Assembly (NCBI GenBank): GCA_964035545.1
Contig: OZ037768.1
Coordinates: 23,717,319 to 23,781,318 of the forward strand
Length of the DNA: 64,000 bases
Source: Bugula neritina
Lineage: Eukaryota > Animalia > Bryozoa
Reading direction: 5' to 3'
Part shown: piece after piece, positions 1-11,527 of the stretch
Numbering within the stretch: position 1 is the first letter of the stretch
Layout: each line of letters begins with the position of its first letter
Program-made: the position numbers and the translations under genes
The notes under the pieces: model-generated
Told to the model about the DNA's origin: nothing
Databases searched by the model: none
The model's input: only the letters and a program-made list of their open reading frames with translations

Positions 1-1818
1 AAGAGCAGTACTACCATCATTGAATTGTAAGACAGCACAGTTGACAGCAAGTTCTAACCTAGGCTTCTGCACAAACTGCACTTTAGGGCAAAGTAACCAA
101 ATTATCCTATGAAAAGACTCGTTATTATTTTGTGTACCCCCATGCAAGCATTTTGAAAGCAGAGAATCGGCTGTAAGAGCTTCAAAAACCGGTTTTATCT
201 CTTCTAGTACAAAAGGTGGGAGACTATTCGAATTACCATCACCACTACCATTTACTGCCGGGCAAGAATTATCACATGAGCTATGATTCCTATTCCTATG
301 ATGCCATATTCTCCAAATGCTTGCTTTCATACCCTCTAAGTTTCCTACATTATTCCTAATAGCTGCTCCATAATGACCCTGAATTCTCTTTATAGCAGCT
401 TTATGCAACTTACCACTACCTCCTATACCTTTATACTTACGGCCTTCCCAATAAAACTCTTTTCCCTTACATTGCTGCACTTTATCTAATAAAAGCTTGC
501 CCATTCACTTTTGCACATGACCTACGCATTCAAGTTTCTCAACAACAACATCTGGGCCATAGGGTTGGGCCTTACTTACAGCACTATAAGACTTGGAGTC
601 TCCATCCCCTAAATATTTTACAAACCGTACTCCTCTCTTTTCGACTGACCTCCTGAAAATTCTAACCATACCTACCGGCTCCATACCACCAGCTGAACCC
701 TCATGATTTTTGACACAACTATGCTCTGGTGGTATACTATCTTTATGACTGGCACATGTAAAACAATAACTAGAGAGAACTTCAGTATCAACTACTTTAC
801 CTGGTTTTCCTACTGAATGGGTAATAACAGTAGCTACCCCATTCTTACTACTAAAGCCCCTACGCTGCCAGGTACCATCACAAGATACTGTTATATCACT
901 ACTGTTACTCATACTAGCAGCTTCCCTGGCAGCCTGGTCCATTGACTTACTAGCTAGCTCCTTAGTAATGTTACCAAGTCGCTCTACATCCTTGGCCCAC
1001 TCACTAAAAGCGACAGGTGGGGGCAAACCTAGATGAGCAGAAATAGTTGCAGCAGTACTTCTATGCCCACCTGCCAAGGTTGTACCAAAAGCCAACCGAG
1101 TATTCAAAGAAAACCTATGATCTACATCACGATCACTCATTACACTACTTTCAATAAGAACACCACAAACAGAACAGGTAAAATCAAAAGCTGGTACAAT
1201 TCCACTATGGCATTTTACACTAATTCGCAAGGACATAGCAGGGTGATCTTTACAAGCAATACTACCAGATGACAACCTACCCATAAGTTCTAAAACTAAC
1301 TTAGTCTGCACTATAATACTGTCAGGCTGAGAATTTGCAGAACTAAATAAGAAATTTGAAGTACTTAGCTGATCATTTAGTTTAGCAGAGCTGGCAGTTG
1401 CAGCAGGAGTAGTGCCGGTAACTGTAGGTGTAGCATCAGTAGTCAGACTCAAAGAGCTGGAGGCAGTCGGTGGTATAAGTTGATGGTCAGATGCAGCAGA
1501 CTGGGGCTCCAATTGAAAGTCCATAGTACTAACTGAAAAGCTTGTAGATGCACTTAGATGTGCAGTAGAGTTAGTTACATTAGTGTTACTAATAGTAGTA
1601 GCGATAACTGGCGTAGCGGTGCCGGCAATAGTAGTAGTAGTAGTAGTAATCGTCATGGGTGGTCTAGTAGTAGGCGTAGTTGTGGGCGTCGTTGCACTTG
1701 CAGGCGTCGTAGCACTTGCAGGCGTCGTAGTAGTAGTAGTACTAGTAGTAATATCTAGTACTGGGTCAGCTTTTCTGTACTGATTTCCTCGAAACTGCCT
1801 TTTTTTAACCTTAGGCAT
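1..1818 (-). pseudogene. Transposase (Mutator-like/Kolobok DDE) with one in-frame stop at 505-507
   Basis: Motifs VSCDGTWQRRGFSS (D1), YLGDGDSK (D2) and KLECVGHVQK*MG (CxxH). Past the stop the same frame stays open to position 1: GIGGSGKL..IQGHYGAAIRNN..CLHGGTQNNNESFHRIIWLLCPK (catalytic E). Cys-rich Zn-finger-like N-terminal region preceded by a Thr-rich tract. Confidence 0.88.
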
Positions 1819-2541
1819 GTTTACTGTGTCTGTAGTATACGTGCTGCTATGTTAGAGACTTATATAACGAGTCGGTACGAATATAAATATTATGTAATAT
1901 TACTAATGTCAAAATAAGTAAATCACGGCACTTCGTAAAACAAAATGTTGATAAATATAAAGTCAAATATGTCTTCTCTTTATTTTCACCGGTTGTAGAA
2001 GATCTAGATGAAGGATTGATGGTAAATTATCAGATTGTTTTGGCAGTTTGGAATATTGCGTGTAGCTTCTTTGTTCGTTTTGGCAAACAGGATGTGCGTC
2101 ACAGATCACGCGATAAGCACAGCCAATAAATGAAGTGAATCGCGGGTCACGGGGTCAGGGTAATAAAATCCGACAAAACTATGCTAAATCAATTATCTTT
2201 GTTTTGCCTCAATGCGCTTACTGAGAGGTGTTATACACTGCCCATTAGTAAAGTAGGCTTTTCTGAAACTAATGCTGTACAGTGCAACTGAGAATGCCGA
2301 GTTGAAAACAGTTAACAATGGTGCTAAAGTTAGTGATTATGGCTGCATTTTTTTTGTTTTTCACACCAGTTGCAACAAAGGGGTAACTTTAAATACACAA
2401 TTTTAATAGAAAGAAAAGTAGAATATCAAAAAGAATCACATCACTCGAATCTGGAAATTTTAGAGTTTTTATGCATAGTAAAATCCAAATATGGCCAAAT
2501 TGACCACAATTTCTTAATTTTTAATCATAGTCCAGCCTTAA
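1..2541 (-). mobile_element. DDE DNA transposon, Mutator-like/Kolobok-type (probably KolobokH-like); runs off the left edge
   Basis: Carries the transposase at 1818->1. The putative 5' terminus on the minus strand reads TTAA|GGCTGGACTATG (TTAA at 2538-2541), fitting the TTAA target and RR terminus described for Kolobok elements. The other end is outside the window, so TIR/TSD pairing is unconfirmed. Confidence 0.7.
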
Positions 2542-5500
2542 GGGTGCTTGATTGTTGACGTAGGCTTTGAACAACGAATGGAACTGCTGATCTTCTTTTG
2601 TAAAAATCTCTTGATCTGTTGGCTTCAATCTGAAATTTAAATTTTGTTCTGTGGTTAGGCATGATTTTTAGGTAAATGTCTTTAGTAATGAGGTTTTTCA
2701 ATTTGGGGTTCATGTTTTTAAGACTTGCCTCATGGTTGGGTGTTTGCTCAAATCTCTCACCATCTGGTCTAAACAGGAGAAATCGTCATTTGGGGTTGCA
2801 AATTTTTCTATTCTGTTGACCCAAGTCTCAAAGGCCACCTCCGTCATTGCTGTGAGTGTTGTATCACTGGTAGCTGGTCCAGCTAGTATGGCTAGTTTTA
2901 GCAGCCTGGCGAGATTCTCCTTGTTGATGTGAAGTATCTTCACCGGACCTTTGGCAATTATCGTCTGCATGTACGTATGTACTCCAAGCACCTTCAAAAG
3001 ATACTGAAAAGTGCACTCAGATGTCTTGCTTTTGCAACTTGTGAGGTTGTTCTATTCAAAATTCACAGCATGTTGCAATAATGTTAAAATTGTAAGATGG
3101 TAGTGACTTTAACTGATTATGCTACATAGTGGCCTTAATTTAAATTCAACTAGCCTCTCAATAAGTAATCTTTCAGTCTCTACTCAATATTAAATATATC
3201 AGCATGTAGTTAGAACTTTAACCTGTTACAGTAGAAAATCTTCTCTAATGAATGGATTAGCTTTCTATAAAGTATTGGAAGTTAACACTCAGAGTGCAGC
3301 AATTTTATTTTAATATCACTTTTCCCATTCAATAATATCATGAGTATTCAAGTGCTTTACATAGTGCAGATACTTTAATTACAAAAACTATGTTTTTGTG
3401 TTTCAATAAGTAGCAATTTGATAATGCTTTTCAGTGTAAAGTAGGCAGTGTAGCTAAATATTATTATTTCGAATAAAACTTGTAATTTGTGGATCATGTG
3501 GGCTAGAGGTACCATGCACATTTCAGCACATATGATAAGACATGTGACTCACATGCTCCAGATCTCCAAACATGATGGTTGGTCCACTGAGACACAGGTT
3601 TCTCTGTCGGTTACTCTGGTAGAGCTCAGCGGCACAGTACCCTCTTCTTCTTTTCACCTGCAATAAGCAGAGTTATTATCTCTATGCTAATATTTGTGTA
3701 TTTTTATCTTATTATTTTGTGTTTTCTACCAGAATTTTGACATGAAAAACTTTGCTTTGAGAGTAACTTGATTTTGATCCATGAAGAAATCAAGTGAAGG
3801 TTTCGTTGTGTAAGATCAGATCTACTAACGTGTACATGTGGCACTGAAAGGGCTCTCAGTATCTCGTTCTGACCAAGCATTCTCTGTTCAAGATTTGTGT
3901 CTTCTAGTTTACGCTCCATGTCTAGGTTCACCTCTTTGGCGGACTTTGCAGCATACTGCTTACTGTGGTTCTGAGTGTTGACTATCACCTTCACTTCTCC
4001 TTGTACTAAAAAGTGGAGTCCATTGCAAGCCTGGCCTTGGCGTATGATGGGGTTTCCGTCTTGTAGTTTTTTCTGAAAAGATTCATAGCTAGCTGTATCT
4101 TATTGTGTTCTGAGGAGAAAATTGTGGAGTAATAAATGTTTCAAAAGTTAAAAACTGTACTCAAAATTTGATATTTTTGTTAAAAATTCTAAACCACATG
4201 CTTTTGCATAAAAAAACCATAGCAAACATATTTTCGTATTGACCTGTATAACACTATTTTGGACTTGGGTTTGCAGTCTCCCTGGCCAGTGGGAAAACAT
4301 TGGATGCTCATTAATGAACCCTTTTATCAGGGCCAGTTGCTTTGCCTGGTGGGATTTTATACTTTTATTGTACAACTCTTTGGGTACTACAAGGAACACC
4401 ACCTGCAAGCACATGTTCTGAGGAATATAACATGCTACTCGTATAATAATTATTGTGGATGTTGGATACAATGAACTAACACTTCTTAGTTCATTGGTTG
4501 AATATTCCAAGCAATGTACTCTCATAACTAAATTGAAATAAAACACATATTTTCGTTTGAAGTATAGTGAGTTTATCTAAGCAGTACAGGTCTACTGTTT
4601 AAAATTTATTTTAATAAAATTATTTTAATAAATGACATGTAAACTGTTAGATGAAAGAATACTTTGATGACAAGTCTATTCAAGCTATGCTCTACCTTAC
4701 TCTTCTTTGTTTAAAGGCCAAAATATTTAAATCAAGTATATATTTTCTTGTAAAAACACAAAAACAGCAACAGTTGTCTGGCTCAAATTACAGAAAAAAG
4801 TGCGTATTTTCTAACAGATACTCTGCATTTCTCACCTCTGTATCGGTCACACATGATGCTTCTCTCCTATTATCGCTATTCTGAAGGGCTAGTTCACCAA
4901 ATGATTCCCCATCTTTCATCTGAGCTACTTTGACACCTAATTTCTCTCGAGGATCAGGTTTTTTCTCTTCCTTTTTTGTCTTGGATGCTATTACTTGTGT
5001 GATCTTGAGTTTGGTCAGCGACTTTCGGAACCTTTGTCTGACGGAAGGCAGGCGCACTCTCTCGGTTTCGTCTTCTTCATCCGAATTCCTGACGGAGACG
5101 GTTTCTTCTGGAGTTGGCGACTTCTCGCATTCTTCATCGGATTCTAGCAACTCTTGTAATAAGCTTCTCCTATCATCTGCAATTAGACCTTGTTCTAACT
5201 CTAGAATTGGCAGGACCGTTACAACCAGGGACAAGGTAGTGCTCAACTCAAGTTTAAACGACCAGAAATTGTACAGAGAATTTTCTAGCCTTTAAAAATT
5301 GAAACAAACAATTAAAAATATAAGTTAGTCAGCATTTAGCTTCAGGCTAGACTCTAGAGGAGAATAAAATATCAATAGTTATTTAATTGGGTGAATATGC
5401 TGTTGCTGGCAATAAATTCTACCAACTTTTGTGGATGTACTGGCAGCACTCCCAACACATTCTAACATATTTACCTTCTTTAACAAATACGGAGACCAAT

Positions 5501-6057
5501 CCTCGCAGTATGATGTAGAAAGCGTTTCCTCTCTCCCCTTGTTTCACCACCACTGTATCTCTCACCAATATCTGACACTTGCAACTCTTCATCACGTTAT
5601 ATACTATGTCTTTATCAATATCTGTTAAATTATGCAAATGTTTCAATAAATAAATGAGCATGTTGATTTATGTATATTATAAAAAATATCGTAAGCTGTC
5701 ATAATATACCATTTCATTTAAATCAAGCTCTCGGCTTAAATCGTATGATAATAGATTCCAACAAATAAAATTATTTTTAAATTTCTCTTTCTGTATTCTC
5801 TATAAAGAACAGTGACAGTGAAATTTGCATGCCAAAATTTTTAGTTGACTCTAAATTTAAGACTGTTTTCACCAACACCTCATGCATTATTATAAGTTAA
5901 CCAAGTTGTTTTGTAAAATTTATAAACTTTACACACCAGCAAATAGAGGCGTTACTTTCTGTATCCAATCACAGACGGCTAAAATATCCTTTCTGGTTCT
6001 TTGAGCCGGGAGGTTGGTTGTGATTTTAATAACATCTTTATAGTTGAGTGTAGCCAT
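2525..6057 (-). CDS. Cyclic nucleotide-binding domain protein (CNBD1/CNBD2-like, two cNMP domains), 7 exons; last exon apparently frameshifted
   Basis: Exons about 6057-5937, 5621-5475, 5176-4836, 4402-4244, 4072-3830, 3657-3553 and 2991-2710/2525 join in frame with GT-AG sites. Motifs VVKQGERGNAFYIILRGLVSV, DGESFGELAL..RREASC, IIRQGQACNGLHFLVQGEVKV, FGDLE. Confidence 0.82.
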
Positions 6058-7125
6058 TGCTGGCAATGTTGCCCTCTCTCTGCATTTGCTCGAAATATGC
6101 TCCTTCGTAACAAAAGTGTCAGACTTGAAATTTGGTAACTAATTATACAAGGTGTAACATAAGCTCTCTGGCTGAGTTATAGCTGTTTATATGGTAGTCC
6201 AAATTCTCTCATGCTAATCTATCTTGTCAGTTTGGGGGTATACCAACTCTCCCTCACTGCTGTGTGTCCTAAAGCACTGAGGCAATGTTTTATTAAGTGT
6301 ATTCATTCATCACTCTTCAAATATTGAATATGTTGAAGTATTTTAATGTAATTATGTTCAGAGTCTACAATGAAATGGTGAAATTGAATATATTTGATAT
6401 AAATTCACCTGCAATAATACGATCTTGTTTACACATATTAGCTGCAGCTACCATTTCTTCTTGCTGTTGAGTGTTTTAAATTGTCAGCCAGTGTCAATAC
6501 AAGATTTCAATAGCATATTTCAAGCTCACAATAAGCTTAACGTGTGTGTACTTCAGGACTTTTCTTCAATCCGCTTCACCCTTGATAATCCTTTCATGCA
6601 GTTTGTTGAAACATGGAAATTCTAGTAGTGGTTTTCAACGAGAGGAAATTATTAAATTGTGGCTCATGATATATAGGATGATACAATGATGAGGTTGTAA
6701 TGCTTGGTCACGGCATCTGACCTTCACATTGTGTCAAATAATTCAAGGATATACAATTCTTTCACTTTCCTGGTTCTTTTAAATAGATTACAATAATTGT
6801 GAAATGGGGGGGCGAGTTCTAATACAATAAATGTAATGGGTGTTGTCTTATTTCATATAGTTATTTAAATAACATCTGTGTTGGAGTTATTCTCTCCCAA
6901 ATTGTTGTCAAACAGCTGACCTGCACTGTGACACTTGATCTCACACTCCCAAAGCTCTTACATGTTCATTTCCCCTTATTCAGGACGTTTTATGTTGTAT
7001 TTATCGTTTATTTATATTTTAGAGATGTGTGTTTTGTTTTACCTATGAGCATGTTTGGATCATAACCTCTAGTAGAAAGAGGTCAATTAACATTCTAATA
7101 ACATATTATACTATTGTGTTTACAG

Positions 7126-8187
7126 AGAGAGCACGAAGACCTCGTCAGATGTCTAATATTAGATGAATGTGAAGATGGTTTACAGGTTGGTCCCTGCTAT
7201 TCCAGCGTTGCTTTATTATCATATTCTAATGAGTCCAATTTATTCCTTTTCAGACTTGTGAGTTGTGATCGTGTTATAGTTTTATGTTGAATAAGTGAAA
7301 TGATTTAATCTTAATTAAGAATTATATTATATCCAAGTTTTACCTAATATGTTTATCTAATTTAATAATTAGATTTTCTCTCAGCAATATAATGACAATA
7401 TATTATGTTGATTTCGAGGAAGAATAATTAACGTCAAAGTGAAAATTTATATATTGTTTAATATTTTTAGTTCATTACTACCAGTTCTCAGTTTGTATAG
7501 TTCAAAGGTTTGTATGTGTAGCCTGTGCTCTAGGTTGTGAACTACGAGGGCAAAGGAAGAGGTGTTCAGGCTACCAAACCGTTTAAGAAGGGAGACTTTG
7601 TAGTGGAGTACGCCGGGGATCTGGTGGAGCTGAAAGAAGCCAAGTTCAGGGAAGAGACGTACCGGAAAGACACTTCCTGTGGCTGTTACATGTACTTCTT
7701 CAGCCACCGGGGGAAATCGTACTGGTGGGTTGATTTTTCTACCTTTTTTTTATTTTTCCTGTCTAAAGTTATGTATGTGTGTGTTGAGTTCATACTCCTA
7801 TTATTTGCGTTTTAAAACGCAGTATTTTTGTACTGAATTAAAAGAATTTGAATTGAATTTTAACTTTTGAATTGCATTTAAAGAAAAAATTTGATTAGAT
7901 AGCTGTGGACAGACAACTCTCACATTGCCAGTACTACACACATCCTGTTTCATCGTAGTCTGTGTTTCTATAGTATTGATGCGACGCGGGAGTCGGGAAA
8001 GTATGGACGTCTATTGAACCACAGCCGGACTAAACCCAACTGTGTCACTAAGACTGTTGAGATAGCCGAGAAGGCGTATCTGATATTAGTGGCCGCTAGA
8101 GACATCGCTGTAGGGGAGGAGCTCGTCTATGACTACGGGGATAGGAGTAAGGAAGCTGTTCAGAACAACCCTTGGTTGAAAGAATAA
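7126..8187 (+). CDS. KMT5A: Histone H4K20 methyltransferase KMT5A/SETD8/PR-Set7, 3' exons only (SET domain)
   Basis: Exons 7126-7185, 7534-7724 and 7974-8187 give GKGRGVQATKPFKKGDFVVEYAGDL..GCYMYFF..CIDATRESGKYGRLLNHS..GEELVYDYGDRSKEAVQNNPWLKE*, matching the SET8 C-terminus. The first visible exon begins at an AG acceptor; no start codon found. Confidence 0.9.
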
Positions 8188-9065
8188 CTCAATAACTGCT
8201 AGTCATTCACCTCTAGCCATCCCACTGCCTGTTAAACCGACAGATCTGAGCCTGTTTTATGTCCGTCTTGCATGCCTTCAACTTTACTCCGTCTTTTAGT
8301 TTTAGTTTTACTTCAAAAACATTTTTAACTACTGATTCAGGCTTTGCACTGTACAGATTTATACATTTACACCTTTGTATGTATATATATACCATTTCAT
8401 TTTATTCATACTCAATCATATTATTTATTTTAAACTTAAAGATGTGCTCAGAATTCTGAGTTGTGTTCTCATGTCAAACCTGAGTAAGTTTCCTTTTTAG
8501 CTATAGAAATATTATACTATAATAAAACAATATTTCAAAGAAATACAGTAGCTGGGTTAAATTTTACAAAATGTAAAGTTTTTTAATGTAGATAGTTTTT
8601 ATCATTTTTCACTTGGATTACAATGATTTTGCTGACTAGTAACATCATTTGTGTTGTATTAAATAAATAATTTTCATGACATTCTATTCTAAAGAAATAT
8701 CTGTAAATGAATTTGCATGCTAATTTCTTTCAATAAAGTCTCGGGCTCCTTATATGAGCCCCAATTTTAGTGCAAAACTAACAAACGATTTTCAGCTTAG
8801 GTTTATGTTCACTAAGTCTTTGGATCTACTATCAGAGCCTATATACATGTTCAAAGTTCAAGAATTCTCACAAGAGATAAAATAGAAATAAAACTTTAGG
8901 CATGCATTAATTGAGAATCAAAATGTTTAAAATAAATTTGGTACAGTTATTCTCCTGTCTTTCATTGATCATAAGCTATAAGCAACTTAAAAGAGGGGCT
9001 CATTGTTTTGTGTGTATTAAGAGTTTCCCCCTCTCAATAGGGCAAAGTAGTTGCGGATAGTATCC

Positions 9066-9097
9066 GTTTCTACTAGCAACGTGCTATCCAATGGCGG
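9066..9097 (+). promoter_or_regulatory. RFX X-box-like motif (GTTTCTACTAGCAAC) followed by CCAAT; putative TTLL6/13 promoter
   Basis: X-box-like palindrome at 9066-9080 and CCAAT at 9088-9092, upstream of likely non-coding exons (donor-like sites near 9319 and 9549) of a ciliary gene. Confidence 0.5.
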
Positions 9098-11527
9098 TGC
9101 CAAAAATAGTTTACATGAACGATTTGGTAGCCTTTTCATTAAATCATGTGGTTATCTTCGACTAGTCATTTAGCAGTGTTGTTTTATTGAAAGCCTATAA
9201 TTTAAACTGTAGAATTACCAAAGTGTACAACAATATTATTGAGACGCTTTCACGTCCAAGTTAAAAAATATTTCTTTTAGCGGAAGACTTCTCACACATT
9301 CACTGTTCAGAGAAGCATGTGAGTTTTAATGGATAATAAATAATGTAATAATATCGTTAAACAATTGAAATATCAATCGTAATGACTTCAGTCAATTTTT
9401 TATGATTTATTGCCGGCGCTAGATTCTTTTGCTTGCAATCATAGTTTTGAAAATTATATTTTCATTTACTTGTTATATATGCTAATCTACGTCTAGAGTT
9501 CTAGTTATTCTCACAGTCACTCTGACTCCGAAACTCTGGACAGTAACTGTAAGTGTAAGATTTAAATATCACTCAATGTCAAACTTGATAGAAAACTACT
9601 TAATATTACTACTATTATTGAAGTGGCAAAAATAAAAAATAAATCTAGTTATTTGAACTGGCACCGATTGTTGAAAGTTAAACTACAATTATCTTTAAGT
9701 TTGCTTCTTCCATTAATTAACTTTAACGTAAGAGTAAGGTTTGTTTATAATTAATAATTAGTTGTAATTATGATTATTTTGCTTGTACACAGACCTATAG
9801 TTTAATGCAACATAATTGTATTTGTTTATTGTTCATAAAATGTTTTAAATTTTGTTATTTGTACCTCTTCTATTTTGATACTTATCTAACTTTAAGCGGT
9901 GATAGTATCACTCATAGTGACATTAAATTTAATAGTCATAGTTGAATAAATATAGCCATAGTGATAGTAATGCTGATACTATGAATTTACAGCAAACATT
10001 TTATCTAGTAGTAATGGTATTAGTAGTCATATGCAAACTCATTTACTCTATTTTGCAATACAGAGATAATTTGATTTCCAAATGCATGATTGTGATACTC
10101 ACAGGCTTAGTCATTGTAATCACTTGTCAAAAAGTGTTCACTGACTGCAACTATAGTTAATGGGTTAGTTTTAATGTTGGTCTGTGGTACTAAATTTTCA
10201 ATTAACATGTTTACAATAGTTTCGATTTGCTAGGTATTTTCCCTGCAGCTTTGGATAAACAGTAGATTTTTGCTTTACTTGAATTTCTATTTACTGGTCT
10301 TGTGTGTGTAAGATTTTTGCTCAAGCAGGCAATTTTCTATCCAAATACCTGCTATAATTTGAAATATAATATTAAAAACTTTAAAGCTGATTATATAGCT
10401 TGTTTGAATCATTTCAATTCATCTGACCAAAAGTAGCGTGAAGTATGTGGCAAATCCTTAACAGCCAACTCACTTTAGCATGTAGCTCTTATATAAAAGT
10501 AAAAAAGTATTTCATGGAGTGCTACAAGTGCTCCAGTCATCTTGAATTAGCCAACTTAATAACTTGTCTGCATAAAGACTTGAATGATAGGCAACTGTTG
10601 ATTTGACTAAGTTAGTTGACACGACAGCTTTGTGTGTATTTAGACCAAAGTATGCAGTGCTGTATCTATTGCATAACACTAGCAACTGGAAATGCTGACA
10701 TACAATTTAATTCTGAATATTGGATTCAATAATATCTGTTACTGGCTGTCTTTAGCAAGTGGCAATGTAGGATAGATTGTAGTGAATGCTTTTTCATCAT
10801 TTTTTTAAGCTCATGGACACAACAAGCAAATGTAATTTAGCAAATTTTCTCATTTTGTCATGCGTTACTTGAGTGGAAAACAAATTTTCAAGGTATTTTC
10901 AAGTTGAGTTTACTTTAGCACGTAGAAAGGCTGGTTGGCAACTTTTTTATCCAGGATTAGTAAGCTAGAGTCATTTTCTCTATTCTGTCATGCCATACTT
11001 TATATTTTTTATACAAGAAGTTGTATTTACCATTGTTGGTGAGTAAACCTTCAGTAAAGCTAGAAAATCATCAATATATGAAATTGAATTTCATTATATT
11101 CTGCAAAATTGAGTGTAAAGTATTCAAAATTATTCAGAGTTGTGCAAAACAATTATTTCTATAATTTATATGTTTCTGTAGTAAGACACCATATTGTCCT
11201 CTCGGGAATAGGCATGCAGTAAATGGAGTAATTGATAATCAGTGCCTTGGAGCACTCGTGGACCTACAGGGAGGTGAACCACCTCTATGTTACACTCTTG
11301 TTATCAGTGAAAACACTGAGCCTGCGTGCCATTGAATTCTCTCTTTGAGTTAAATAATGGTTACCTCATTAGCTTTGTTCTCATATATTATAATATAGTT
11401 TGTATTTTGTCTTATTCCAATAGAATGACTGACATTGTTTGCTTAAATAAAATACAGCTAAAGAATCGTGTACTCCTGTAGCCCAACAGTCATGTGAAAA
11501 TTCCTTGACAAGCAAGTCAATCTCAAA

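Noticed and set aside
505-507. Selenocysteine or programmed readthrough at the transposase TGA
   Set aside because: The aligned residue in the family motif is Arg, not Cys; a nonsense mutation is the simpler explanation.
8742-8762. Hairpin GGGCTC-CTTATAT-GAGCCC downstream of KMT5A resembling a histone stem-loop
   Set aside because: Loop length and flanks do not fit the histone consensus, and an AATAAA lies just upstream.
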